Source: Limisphaerales bacterium (GTDB taxonomy: Bacteria; Verrucomicrobiota; Verrucomicrobiia; Limisphaerales; SIBE01). Taken from it: a stretch of DNA of 20,000 bases. The translations under genes and the position numbers were made by a program. A model generated the notes under the pieces. That model saw only the letters and a program-made list of their open reading frames with translations, had not been told where the DNA came from and ran no database searches. The stretch spans positions 56,183-76,182 of the forward strand of contig JBGAIN010000020.1 in the NCBI GenBank assembly GCA_044225505.1, in the 5' to 3' direction. Positions within the stretch are counted from its first letter, which is position 1. Each line of letters starts with the position of its first letter. Positions 1-9,541 of the stretch are shown here, one piece after another.

Positions 1-117
1 GCGTCGCCGAAAGGTGTCGCAATAAAATTCTTTACTTCGAGGAAGGAGCAGGGCTACAAAGCTGCATTCCGAAGGCACTGCTGCTCGACCGCTACGCGCA
101 CACACCCCGGACGACGT

Positions 118-146
118 GTGACGTGCCGACCCAGCGGCTCTATACT
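118..146 (+). promoter_or_regulatory. Putative sigma70 promoter of the large exported protein gene
   Basis: GTGACG (118-123), 17-nt spacer, TATACT (141-146). It overlaps the GTG start in the ORF track, which argues that the real start is ATG 262. Confidence 0.5.
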
Positions 147-261
147 TGGAAGGTCTAACGACACGGCGGACATTGACGTGTGGCGTAGATTCCTCACTCA
201 TAGCCGCGCGGTGCTGGGATCTTCTTTGTTTCCGCAACCAAACCTACAACCAAGCGACGCT

Positions 262-3200
262 ATGAACCTTACATGGTTATTCAGCCGAGTCGGTTCGAGG
301 GCTCATTCTGCCCTCAGAAAAAACGTATCGCCAACCCGTTTCAGTCAGTCCGAATTTGCATCCGCAGCGCGAAGACCTAGCGCTTCGGGGCTCGCTGCGC
401 TCTGCGTGGCCAGTGGACTGACGGCATTGGGCGGGACTCTGAATACGGACTTTAGCTCGGACCCAGGCGGGTCTGTGCTGGGGGATAAGACGCGCGTTGA
501 AAACGGGATTCTGAAACTGCAGGACCTCCAGGATTTTATCGATGGCACAGCAACGCTGCCGATGCATGGGTCATACGTCTTTGCGCCCCTGGACGGCACG
601 CAGAAAGTGGCCAGCTTTAACGCCAAGTTTCACGCGAGTATCCACGGTGGCACAGAGCAGGGAGCGCAAGGCTTCAGTTTTGTTTTGGCGAGCGACATTG
701 CGGGGTTTACCGCTCCTTTCCGTGAAGGCGGCGCTACGGGAGACGGGACCGGCTTTAGCACCGGGTTGATCATTTCGTTCGATACCGTCGACAACGCCGN
801 CAATGATCCGGGCGATGCCCCGGGCGTCATCGTCCGGATTGGCGGGCAGAGAGTTGCCGCGAAGAAATTTACGAACTTGCGAACGGGTCCGGCGGGCAGC
901 CAAACCCCTGTCTTTGTCCCGGTGGAAATCAATCTGGACGCGGATGGGACGTTAGACGTCACCTACAATGGAGTCAAAATCTACGACAATTTCGGAATTC
1001 CCTACGCGCCCATCGCGGGCAACTTCGGCCTTGGTTCAGGAACTGCCGAATTAACCGCGGCGATTCGAGCTAACCATTGGTTCGACGACATGAGCCTCAC
1101 AACCACGACGGTAACGACAGGGCCCGTGCTGCTCTCGGCGTTGCCGCTCGGGACGGTTGTGCGTCCCGATGCGTCGATTGAGGTGCAGGTCGAGAACCTA
1201 GGAGCGGCGACCGTCCAAGTGCAGTTGGATAACCAAACGCTGACAGCCCAGACGACCACCGCGGGCGGTATCACGACGATCTCAGCTAAACCGCCCACCT
1301 CGCTCGTTCCCAACTCCACGCATGAAGTAAAAGTGACATACGGCACTAAGTCCTTGTCGTGGAGCTTCGGGGTTTTGAATGCGACGATCATTCCGGCGGG
1401 CTTTGCCGTTCCAGACACCGCGGTGGATACGGCTAAAACCGGCTTCAGCGTGCGAGTGCACCAGTTGGAAACCGCGCCTGTGGCCGGGAATACCATTCAG
1501 CGCGGCGAAGATCAGCTCGCTGGAAAACTGGGCGCGAATATCGCGGACCTCACTCAGGCGGCCGCCGGAGTGTTTACGCGATCCCTGATCAATATGGAAG
1601 GCACGGGCGCCGCCGAAGCCGGAGTTTTCAACGCTACGGAAGGACATCCAGATGAGCTCATTCCTGGAATTCCCGGGAGCACAGCTTCCACGGACAACAT
1701 TGCCATGGAAGTAACTGGGTATTTGGAGCTGAAGAAGGGGGTGTACACTTTTGGCCTGGTGACGGATGACAACGCGCGGCTGACGATTGGTCCTGACCCT
1801 CGGGATGCGACAGCTGCGCGCCTGATCGATGTCGCCGTTACGACGGGCACATCTACGATCCTGGTCGATGCGGACGGGCTCTATCCGTTCCGAATCGTCT
1901 GGACGCAAGGGGGAGGCGGGGTGCACCTGGAGTTGTGGTCTACGCTGGCAGCCGGGAAACAGGTGCTGCTGAACGACACCGCGGCCGGCGGCGTCAAGGT
2001 TTACGCCCAGGCGAAGGCCGGAGTGCAAAAGGCCCCTTATGTTAGCTCGGCCAAACCGTTACCCGGGGATGCCAACGTGTCCACGACACCGAAGATCGAA
2101 TTGGCCATCACGGAAGATGCCACGACGGTCACCCCTGCTTCCATTCAGCTCTTTGTCAATGGCACGCAGGCGACACTCGCCGACGGCGCGGTCACCAAGG
2201 AGGGTAAAGTGACGACCGTCAAGCACACGGTTTCAACTCCGTTGACGCCTCTCTCCGACCAGACCTTAAAACTCCTCTTTACAGACGGCGCGGGAAATAA
2301 CGTGAGTCGAGAATGGAAATTCGCCACAGGCAAAGCGCAAGCGGGCAATCTGGCGAATGCGGTCAAGGGCCAATGGGATTTCCAGAACGGCAACCTCGGA
2401 GCCACAGTCGGACGTGACCTCCAATACATCGATAGTGCGCTCGCGAGCCGATACCAGTTCGGCACGGCTTCCTCGTTTGGAATTGCCTTGCTCGGCGGCA
2501 AAGATGTCAAAGTTCTCCGGGTTCCGTTTATCGCTTCGGATGAAGCGGACGCCAAAGGGGCGCTCTTCAAGAGGATCGGGTTGCGCATGGATCATAACAT
2601 CGCACCGAACGGCGGCGGCACGAAAGTTAACCAATACACCTTCATCATGGATGTCCTGTGGGGGCCTGAGGGCACTGGGTTCGGCTCGCTGATGCAGACC
2701 CATGACCTGGAGAATCCCACCGACGGCGATATGTTCTGGCGCGCGAGCGATGGCTACTACGGCAAAGGCTGCTGCTCTCTCTATGACGCGGTGCCTGGAG
2801 TTTCTGGCCCTGGCCAAGCGCGTAGCGAATGGGCCCGGGTTGTGTTCGCCGTCGACTTGACCAGCAGCCCGCGCAAATTCGCCAAGTTTATCAACGGCAA
2901 GAAACATCGCGAAGACCTGACCGGCGACGGCAACGCCCTCGACTCCCGGTTCGGTCTGCCTCCTCAAGTCTTCCTGTTTGGCGATGGCGACGATAACGAA
3001 CGTGCGGAAGCGTACGTTAATTCCATTCAGATTCGCGCAGGCGCGATGAGCGACGAAGACATCGCGGCGTTGGGGGGCGCAAGCGCTGCTGGCATCCCCA
3101 CACCCAACCCGGTTAAGGGACAATGGGATTTTGCGGGCAACCTGAGTGCCTCCGTTGGACAAGACTTGGCCTACATCGATAACGGCCTCGCCTCCCATTA

Positions 3201-4089
3201 CAAGTTCGGCACCACCAGCTCGTTTGGCATCCCGGGAATCAATGGCAAGGAAGTGGATGTGCTGCACGTTCCTTTCACTGCTTCCGACGAATCGGATGCC
3301 ACTGGCCCCATCTTTAAACGGATTGGCTTGCGGGTAAATCATGGTATCGCTCCGAACGGCGGCGGCACCAAAGTCAATCAGTGGACGCTCATTCTCGACG
3401 TGCTCTGGGGACCGGAGGGGACCGGCTTCGGTTCGCTCTTGCAGACCCATGACTTCGCCAATCCGACCGACGGCGACATGTTCTGGCGCGCCAGCGACGG
3501 GTTTTATGGCAAGGGCTGTTGCTCTCTTTACGATGCGGTGCCCGGCGTCTCTGGCCCTGGGCAAGTACGCAGCGAATGGGCTCGCGTGGTCTTCTCCGTT
3601 GACCTTTCGAGCAGCCCGCGCAAGTTTGCCAAATTCATCAATGGCCACAAACACCGGGAAGATCTGACGGGCGATGGCAACGCGCTCGACTCGCGCTTCG
3701 CATTGCCCCCGGAGATCTTCATGTTCGGCGATGGCGACGACAATGAGCGGGCCGAGGCTTATGTGAGCGCGATGCAATTCCGGGAAGGCGCAATGACGGA
3801 TGAGGAAGTGGCGGCCTTGGGTGGGCCATCGCCATTCGGCATCCCTGACGCTTCGAGCGGGAGCGGCGGCGGAACCGTCACACCACCACCGCCGGCAGCG
3901 GCCCCGACATTGGTCGTAACCACGGGTGCAGGCGGCGCCTTGACCATCTCCTGGCAAGCGACCCAAACGTTCACGCTGGAAAGCAAGAACAGCTTGAGTG
4001 ACGCCGCTTGGACAGCCGTCACGGGCGTGGCCAACAACTCGGTCACGGTGCAGGCAACGGGAACGAAGTTTTACCGTCTGCGGCGTTAA
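262..4089 (+). CDS. Large exported multidomain protein (~1275 aa): L-type lectin/ConA-like, Ig-like, PA14-like, Ig-like, two tandem LamG-like domains, C-terminal FYRL domain
   Basis: Long ORF with likely start ATG 262 (MNLTWLF...). A basic then hydrophobic N-terminus (GLAALCVASGLTALG) is followed by a lectin-like motif (GAQGFSFVLA...ISFDT), a PA14-like motif (EVTGYLELKKGVYTFGLVTDDNARLTIG), a ~250-aa internal duplication, a Pro/Gly linker and the terminal TKFYRLRR. There is one ambiguous base (N) at 800. Confidence 0.85.
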   Translation: MNLTWLFSRVGSRAHSALRKNVSPTRFSQSEFASAARRPSASGLAALCVASGLTALGGTLNTDFSSDPGGSVLGDKTRVENGILKLQDLQDFIDGTATLPMHGSYVFAPLDGTQKVASFNAKFHASIHGGTEQGAQGFSFVLASDIAGFTAPFREGGATGDGTGFSTGLIISFDTVDNAXNDPGDAPGVIVRIGGQRVAAKKFTNLRTGPAGSQTPVFVPVEINLDADGTLDVTYNGVKIYDNFGIPYAPIAGNFGLGSGTAELTAAIRANHWFDDMSLTTTTVTTGPVLLSALPLGTVVRPDASIEVQVENLGAATVQVQLDNQTLTAQTTTAGGITTISAKPPTSLVPNSTHEVKVTYGTKSLSWSFGVLNATIIPAGFAVPDTAVDTAKTGFSVRVHQLETAPVAGNTIQRGEDQLAGKLGANIADLTQAAAGVFTRSLINMEGTGAAEAGVFNATEGHPDELIPGIPGSTASTDNIAMEVTGYLELKKGVYTFGLVTDDNARLTIGPDPRDATAARLIDVAVTTGTSTILVDADGLYPFRIVWTQGGGGVHLELWSTLAAGKQVLLNDTAAGGVKVYAQAKAGVQKAPYVSSAKPLPGDANVSTTPKIELAITEDATTVTPASIQLFVNGTQATLADGAVTKEGKVTTVKHTVSTPLTPLSDQTLKLLFTDGAGNNVSREWKFATGKAQAGNLANAVKGQWDFQNGNLGATVGRDLQYIDSALASRYQFGTASSFGIALLGGKDVKVLRVPFIASDEADAKGALFKRIGLRMDHNIAPNGGGTKVNQYTFIMDVLWGPEGTGFGSLMQTHDLENPTDGDMFWRASDGYYGKGCCSLYDAVPGVSGPGQARSEWARVVFAVDLTSSPRKFAKFINGKKHREDLTGDGNALDSRFGLPPQVFLFGDGDDNERAEAYVNSIQIRAGAMSDEDIAALGGASAAGIPTPNPVKGQWDFAGNLSASVGQDLAYIDNGLASHYKFGTTSSFGIPGINGKEVDVLHVPFTASDESDATGPIFKRIGLRVNHGIAPNGGGTKVNQWTLILDVLWGPEGTGFGSLLQTHDFANPTDGDMFWRASDGFYGKGCCSLYDAVPGVSGPGQVRSEWARVVFSVDLSSSPRKFAKFINGHKHREDLTGDGNALDSRFALPPEIFMFGDGDDNERAEAYVSAMQFREGAMTDEEVAALGGPSPFGIPDASSGSGGGTVTPPPPAAAPTLVVTTGAGGALTISWQATQTFTLESKNSLSDAAWTAVTGVANNSVTVQATGTKFYRLRR
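2362..3846 (+). repeat. Intragenic tandem duplication of a ~250-aa LamG-like domain (copy 1 ~2362-3111, copy 2 ~3112-3846)
   Basis: Both copies start VKGQWDF and share long near-identical peptide blocks (IAPNGGGTKVNQ, DVLWGPEGTGFGSL, PTDGDMFWRASDG, YGKGCCSLYDAVPGVSGPGQ, HREDLTGDGNALDSRF, FGDGDDNERAEAYV). Confidence 0.95.
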
Positions 4090-4114
4090 AGCACGACCGA
4101 CGTATCAGAGGTTG

Positions 4115-4149
4115 AAGGCCGGCGGCCCGAAGCTGCCGGCCTTTTCCTT
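4115..4149 (+). terminator. Intrinsic terminator hairpin
   Basis: AAGGCCGGCGGC-ccgaa-GCTGCCGGCCTT (12-bp stem with one G-U pair), followed by TTCCTT, 25 nt after the stop of the large gene. Confidence 0.7.
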
Positions 4150-4269
4150 GAACCGAATGCGAGCAACCGCTTTCGACGGTAATGCCGACGGTATTATCCA
4201 GGCGGGCTGTCGGCTAATCCTCTGCCGGTTGTTTGGATCAAGGATTCCGGAGCGTCGTATCGCGAGCAC

Positions 4270-5127
<858 letters not shown>

Positions 5128-5203
5128 AAAGGGGCTTTTCAGAGAGCTAGCGTAGATCTGGCGCCGTCTCCTCGATAGGAAGTAACGATTGGATTTTTGG
5201 AGG

Positions 5204-5232
5204 ATTTTATGAGGGGCCATACCCCTTCTAAA
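5204..5232 (-). promoter_or_regulatory. Putative sigma70 promoter of the prepilin-like gene, with an inverted repeat in the spacer
   Basis: Minus strand TTTAGA, 17-nt spacer, TAAAAT. The spacer holds AGGGG-N5-CCCCT (5212-5226). Confidence 0.4.
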
Positions 5233-5250
5233 GCCTTGATGTAAGGCCGA

Positions 5251-6807
5251 GTGCGCACTACGTTTTGCCCAGAGCGCCATGCGCTCAGGATTACCATCGT
5301 GTTGCTAAGACTCAGACCGGGCGTGGCGCAGCGCGTTTTAAGAAGCTGCGCTGGAGCGCTTTGGCTCAGCATCCTCGCTCTTTCGCTGAGCTGGCATCGC
5401 ACCGCGGTCCGTGCGGCGGAACAACCTCCCCCGAAGAAGATCCGACTCGAAACGTTTGACGCGGCATGGCAGATCATCAACGATTCTTACTACGATCCTT
5501 CCTTTCATGGCTTGAATTGGGCGACAGTTAAGGCGGAACTCGCGCCTAAGGCCGCGGCCTCGAAAAGCACGGCGGAACTCCGGCAGGTCATTCAGGAAAT
5601 GCTCGAAAGGTTGGGCGATTCGCATATGGCTCTGATTCCCGGTGATGTCGCAAGCTCCTTGGACGCGACAAGCCGAGCCGAGAATCGCGGATCGAATTTG
5701 GGGCGAGCGCCAGCGACCTCCAACGCCGAGTCGCAAAGTTCTCAAACCAGCTTGGAGGAGAAGGAGAGCAGTTCGGGTGATGGACAGCCCGGTTTGGAAA
5801 TCCGGATCATTGAAGGAATGGCTTTGGTGACAAGGATTGACCCCGGAGGCCCCGCGGCCAAGGGCGGCGTGCGGCCAGGCTGGATCGTCGAGTCGGTTTC
5901 CGGACGTAACATCGCGGGACTACTTGAGTCGCTCCCTTGGGCGGTCGACGATCGCCGAGCCCAATTCCTGGCTTGGCGCGCTGTGACCAGCCGATTGTCC
6001 GGAGCGAGCGGGTCAACCGTAACCGTCGATTTTCTGGATGCTGAACGGAGGGTCATCAGGCGGAGTTTGGAACGGGTCCGCGAACCTGGGGAACCGACGA
6101 AACTGGGTTACCTCCCGCCGCTGTATGCCCAACTGGAGGGGAAGAGATTGCCGCACGGATCCCATGGCATCGGACTCATTCGCTTCAACATGTGGCTAAT
6201 TTCGATTAGCCGCCCTCTCGATGAAAAGATGGATGAGTATCGAAATGCCGATGGCATCATACTTGATCTGCGCGGCAACTTGGGAGGGATCGCAGGAATG
6301 ATCCTTGGCATCTCGGGACATTTCCTAAATGAGCGGGTTTCGCTGGGAACCTTAAAGATGCGGGGAAATGACCTCCAATTCCTGGCTAACCCAAGGCGGG
6401 TTAGCCTGACGGGCGAACGCGTGGAGCCCTTTGCAGGTCCACTGGCAATTCTGATTGATCCACTTTCACTCAGCGCAGCGGAGATTTTCGCTGCTGGTAT
6501 GCAAGCGGTCGGGCGAGCACGATTATTTGGAGAACCTTCCGGCGGACAAGCGCTTCCTGCGATCTGGGACAAGCTGCCCAACGGAGATGTCCTTTACCAT
6601 GCCTTCGGCGATTTTGTTACGGCGTCTGGCGCTCGCCTGGAAGGGCTTGGTGCGACACCTGACCAAGTTGTTCCTACCACGCGCGCCGGGCTGTTAGCGG
6701 GCCACGACGCGGCGTTGGAAGCGGCGGTCAAATGGATCGAGAGCAAGAATCGCAGATTGAACTCTTCGAAGTTGCATTCAGAAAACCAGGAAACGCGTAA
6801 GCAATAA
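5251..6807 (+). CDS. Exported S41 family peptidase with a PDZ domain
   Basis: Signal-like hydrophobic stretch, [30 protein letters not shown] motif ([13 protein letters not shown]), [11 protein letters not shown] and SLSAAEIFA. The true start may be downstream (GTG 5299 or 5323). Confidence 0.9.
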   Translation: MRTTFCPERHALRITIVLLRLRPGVAQRVLRSCAGALWLSILALSLSWHRTAVRAAEQPPPKKIRLETFDAAWQIINDSYYDPSFHGLNWATVKAELAPKAAASKSTAELRQVIQEMLERLGDSHMALIPGDVASSLDATSRAENRGSNLGRAPATSNAESQSSQTSLEEKESSSGDGQPGLEIRIIEGMALVTRIDPGGPAAKGGVRPGWIVESVSGRNIAGLLESLPWAVDDRRAQFLAWRAVTSRLSGASGSTVTVDFLDAERRVIRRSLERVREPGEPTKLGYLPPLYAQLEGKRLPHGSHGIGLIRFNMWLISISRPLDEKMDEYRNADGIILDLRGNLGGIAGMILGISGHFLNERVSLGTLKMRGNDLQFLANPRRVSLTGERVEPFAGPLAILIDPLSLSAAEIFAAGMQAVGRARLFGEPSGGQALPAIWDKLPNGDVLYHAFGDFVTASGARLEGLGATPDQVVPTTRAGLLAGHDAALEAAVKWIESKNRRLNSSKLHSENQETRKQ

Positions 6808-7604
6808 TGGATATGATGTCGTTTGTTGTCGGTCTACACGCAATTAGGCACCTGATAATCGGAGTAACTTTCTTTGGCTTATGCGGCGGATTCAATGCCG
6901 CGGCCGCTGACGGAAAAGGCGATACTCCTTTGCCTAAAGCTGAGGTCGTGTTGGAGCAGTTTATCAAAGCGCTGGGTGGAAACGGTGTTTTCGAAAAGAT
7001 CCAGTCCCAGCATACTCACGGGAATGTCGATATGGCAGGGCAGGGGATCTCCGGGAAGTTGGAGGTATTCGCCAAACGGCCAGATAAACTATTGATCAAG
7101 ATCACCATGCCCGGAATCGGCGACCTGTATCAAGGCTTTGACGGGAATGTGGGCTGGTCGCTAAACCCTGTAACCGGCCCAATGATCTTGGAAGGAAAGA
7201 TGTTGGACCAAGTTCGTGAACAGGCCCGATTTGACGCGATCCTCCATGATCTGAGCGAATATAAGAAAGTTGAGACAGTGGGGCGAACCCCGTTCGAAGG
7301 ACAAGACGCTTACCAGCTTAAGCTGGTGCGAAAATCTGGCCAGGAGACGACGGAGTTCTATGACATCAAGACCGGGCTGTTGATCGGATCTAATGAGGTG
7401 CAGGAAACGCCGCTCGGCGCAGTCAATGTCTCTGCCAGCATCGGCGAGTACAAGAAGTTCGGAGACGCTCTCTTTGCCACCAAACTGGCGCAAAAGATGG
7501 GGCCTTTGACGCAAGTGATGACGTTTACAAGCATGGATTTCAAAGAGTTGGACGACAGCGTCTTCGACCTGCCAAACCAGATTAAAGCGCTGCTAAAGAA
7601 GTAG
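6807..7604 (+). CDS. Exported protein of unknown function, possibly LolA-like / DUF620-like fold
   Basis: Signal peptide ending AAAA, then LPKAEVVLEQFIKALGG, QGFDGNVGWS and FYDIKTGLL, a beta-rich pattern. TAATG overlap with the S41 gene. The family assignment is tentative. Confidence 0.7.
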   Translation: MDMMSFVVGLHAIRHLIIGVTFFGLCGGFNAAAADGKGDTPLPKAEVVLEQFIKALGGNGVFEKIQSQHTHGNVDMAGQGISGKLEVFAKRPDKLLIKITMPGIGDLYQGFDGNVGWSLNPVTGPMILEGKMLDQVREQARFDAILHDLSEYKKVETVGRTPFEGQDAYQLKLVRKSGQETTEFYDIKTGLLIGSNEVQETPLGAVNVSASIGEYKKFGDALFATKLAQKMGPLTQVMTFTSMDFKELDDSVFDLPNQIKALLKK

Positions 7605-7725
7605 TCCTCGCGCGCACTGGGGCGTTGCGCTCACGGCGGTCCATTCCATACGAGCTTTCTGCGCTGATCCAAGTGCTCGCATTTTAACTTTGACGACCGG
7701 GGTTGGATTGCGGATGCATGGTGCC

Positions 7726-8661
7726 ATGCTACCACGTAACCTTCTAAGTTCTTGCCTCGACCGTCGTCAATTCTTGAAACGCTGTGGACAGGTGCTCGGG
7801 GCCTCCGCTTGGGCAGGGCATACGCCATTCGCCGCTGAGACGCCTCGTCCCAAGCGTTTGGTCGGATCCAATATTTATGGGTGGAGCCAGTACTACCAAC
7901 GCGAGGGTAAGAATGTACAGGAGCATCTCGGAGAAGTGATGTCGGCGTTGCGAGATGCAGGTTATGACTACTTGGAAGGCTCAGTGGACGTCCAACATCC
8001 CGAGGCAGCGGTCAAACAAGCCGACGCGATGCGGTCGAAGGGATTACAGCCAGTCTGCTTGTATACAGGAGCGCTTTTGCATGATGGCGGTCAGGCTGAC
8101 CAAACGGTTGAGAAACTCCTGCGTGCGGCCGAGACTTGCCGGCAAGCGGGTTTCACGATTATTGACTGCAATCCAGATCCGATCGGGCGGGAGAAAACCG
8201 ACGAGGAACTGAATGTTCAAAACAAGGCGCTGATCCAGCTAGGGGCTGGGCTGGCTCGTTTGGGTATGAAGCTGGGCGTTCACAATCACACGCCTGAAAT
8301 GCTCAATCACGCGCGGGAATTTCACCATATCTTCGATCAGACGGACCCTCGTTACGTGGGATTATGCTACGACGTCCATTGGGTATTCCGGGGCGGAGTT
8401 TCGCCCGCAGACTGTTTGCGTCAGTACGGATCCAGAGTGGTTTCTTGGCACCTGCGTCAGAGCCGAGAGGGGATTTGGTGGGAGGACCTTGATACGGGCG
8501 ACATCGCCTATGATCTTGTCGCTCAATTCTCCCGAGATCATGCCGTCGCTGCGCCGCTAACGGTCGAGCTAGCGCTTGAGCGCGGCACCAAAATTACGCG
8601 GTCGGTCGTGGAAAACCACCAGAGGAGTCGGGAATTCGTGAGGCGCGTTTTTGGAGTCTAA
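7726..8661 (+). CDS. Tat-exported sugar phosphate isomerase/epimerase (xylose isomerase-like TIM barrel, IolE-like)
   Basis: Twin-arginine motif DRRQFLK and barrel motifs GMKLGVHNHTPE, LCYDVHW, SWHLRQ and LTVEL. ATG 7726 is the last start before the RR motif; ATG 7714 is also possible. Confidence 0.85.
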   Translation: MLPRNLLSSCLDRRQFLKRCGQVLGASAWAGHTPFAAETPRPKRLVGSNIYGWSQYYQREGKNVQEHLGEVMSALRDAGYDYLEGSVDVQHPEAAVKQADAMRSKGLQPVCLYTGALLHDGGQADQTVEKLLRAAETCRQAGFTIIDCNPDPIGREKTDEELNVQNKALIQLGAGLARLGMKLGVHNHTPEMLNHAREFHHIFDQTDPRYVGLCYDVHWVFRGGVSPADCLRQYGSRVVSWHLRQSREGIWWEDLDTGDIAYDLVAQFSRDHAVAAPLTVELALERGTKITRSVVENHQRSREFVRRVFGV

Positions 8662-8722
8662 TGGGACTCGGCGGATTTCCTGCTTGCATTTGAAGTGGCC
8701 GATGACGATTTTCTGCGGTCAT

Positions 8723-9499
8723 ATGAGCTCTGAAGCGACCCCGACAGTCACGGCGTATGAAGTTTTGGCGTGGCTAGAAACCAACAAGAAGCAGCTGATT
8801 ATCGCTTTTGCCGCGGCGGTCGTCGTCGGTTTCGCGATCGGGATTTACCGTTACACTGTGGACCAGAAGGAGTTGGCGGCGAGTGATGCCTTACTGAAGC
8901 TCAAGTCTACGATCGGCGGGGATGAGGCAGCAGCGTCGACTGATCCGTCGGCGTTCTTGAAAGTGGCAGAGCAGTACTCGGGAACGAGTGCGGCAGATCG
9001 AGCCGTTTTGTTGGCGGCGGGTGCGATGTTTGCCAATGGCAAGTATGCCGAAGCCCAGGCGGAGTTCTCTAAGTTCCTTCGTGACCAGCCCCAAAGCCCA
9101 TTCGCCGCCACGGCGGGCTACGGCGTGGCTGCCGCTGTCGAGGCACAAGGAAAACGCGACGAGGCTCTTACCGCCTATCAGAATCTCGCCGTCCGCTACC
9201 CGAATTCTTCGGTTGTCGAAGAGGCAAAACTGGCGGTGGCACGTATCTATGAAGCGAAAAACCAGCCCGAACTCGCATTACGCCAGTATGACGAACTGAC
9301 GAAGGTGGGTGGGTTGGGAGTGCCGAATAATGACGCGGCCAGCCGTCGCGAGGCCCTTCTACTCAAGCATCCTGAGCTTGCTAAAACCAACGCTCCAGCG
9401 GCAAATGCGACCACGCTGGTCACGCCTGCCAAGCCAGTGTCGGCGGTCATCAGCAACGCTATGACGCTGCAGACCAACGCCGCAGCCGCCAAACCGTAG
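8723..9499 (+). CDS. Membrane-anchored tetratricopeptide repeat protein (YfgM-like)
   Basis: WLETNKKQ followed by one TM helix, TPR helices (GKYAEAQAEFSKFLRDQPQS, GKRDEALTAYQNLAVRYPNS) and an Ala/Pro/Thr-rich tail. Start ATG 8723 is preferred. Confidence 0.8.
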   Translation: MSSEATPTVTAYEVLAWLETNKKQLIIAFAAAVVVGFAIGIYRYTVDQKELAASDALLKLKSTIGGDEAAASTDPSAFLKVAEQYSGTSAADRAVLLAAGAMFANGKYAEAQAEFSKFLRDQPQSPFAATAGYGVAAAVEAQGKRDEALTAYQNLAVRYPNSSVVEEAKLAVARIYEAKNQPELALRQYDELTKVGGLGVPNNDAASRREALLLKHPELAKTNAPAANATTLVTPAKPVSAVISNAMTLQTNAAAAKP

Positions 9500-9518
9500 C
9501 ACGAATCGAGAAACCGCC

Positions 9519-9527
9519 TGGTAGAAT
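9519..9527 (+). promoter_or_regulatory. Extended -10 promoter element upstream of ugd
   Basis: TG-G-TAGAAT, 14 nt upstream of the ATG, with no Shine-Dalgarno sequence between them. Confidence 0.5.
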
Positions 9528-9541
9528 CCCGATCCCAAAGC

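Noticed and set aside
1..20. GAAA-capped hairpin GCGTCGCC-GAAA-GGTGTCGC resembling part of a c-di-GMP-I riboswitch
   Set aside because: The following GCAAAGC and receptor stem are not seen, and the context is cut by the window edge.
118..261. N-terminal extension of the large ORF from GTG 118
   Set aside because: It overlaps a plausible promoter and would push the signal peptide too far in. ATG 262 fits better.
800..800. Ambiguous base N in the large gene
   Set aside because: An assembly uncertainty that could hide a small gap. The frame continues, so it is not treated as biology.
2266..3966. 566-aa antisense ORF
   Set aside because: Shadow frame of the large plus-strand gene in GC-rich DNA. 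It mirrors that gene's repeat and has no recognisable motifs.
5128..5280. Extension of the prepilin-like ORF to 5280
   Set aside because: It would overlap the divergent ORF and the AT-rich promoter region, and give an overly long leader.
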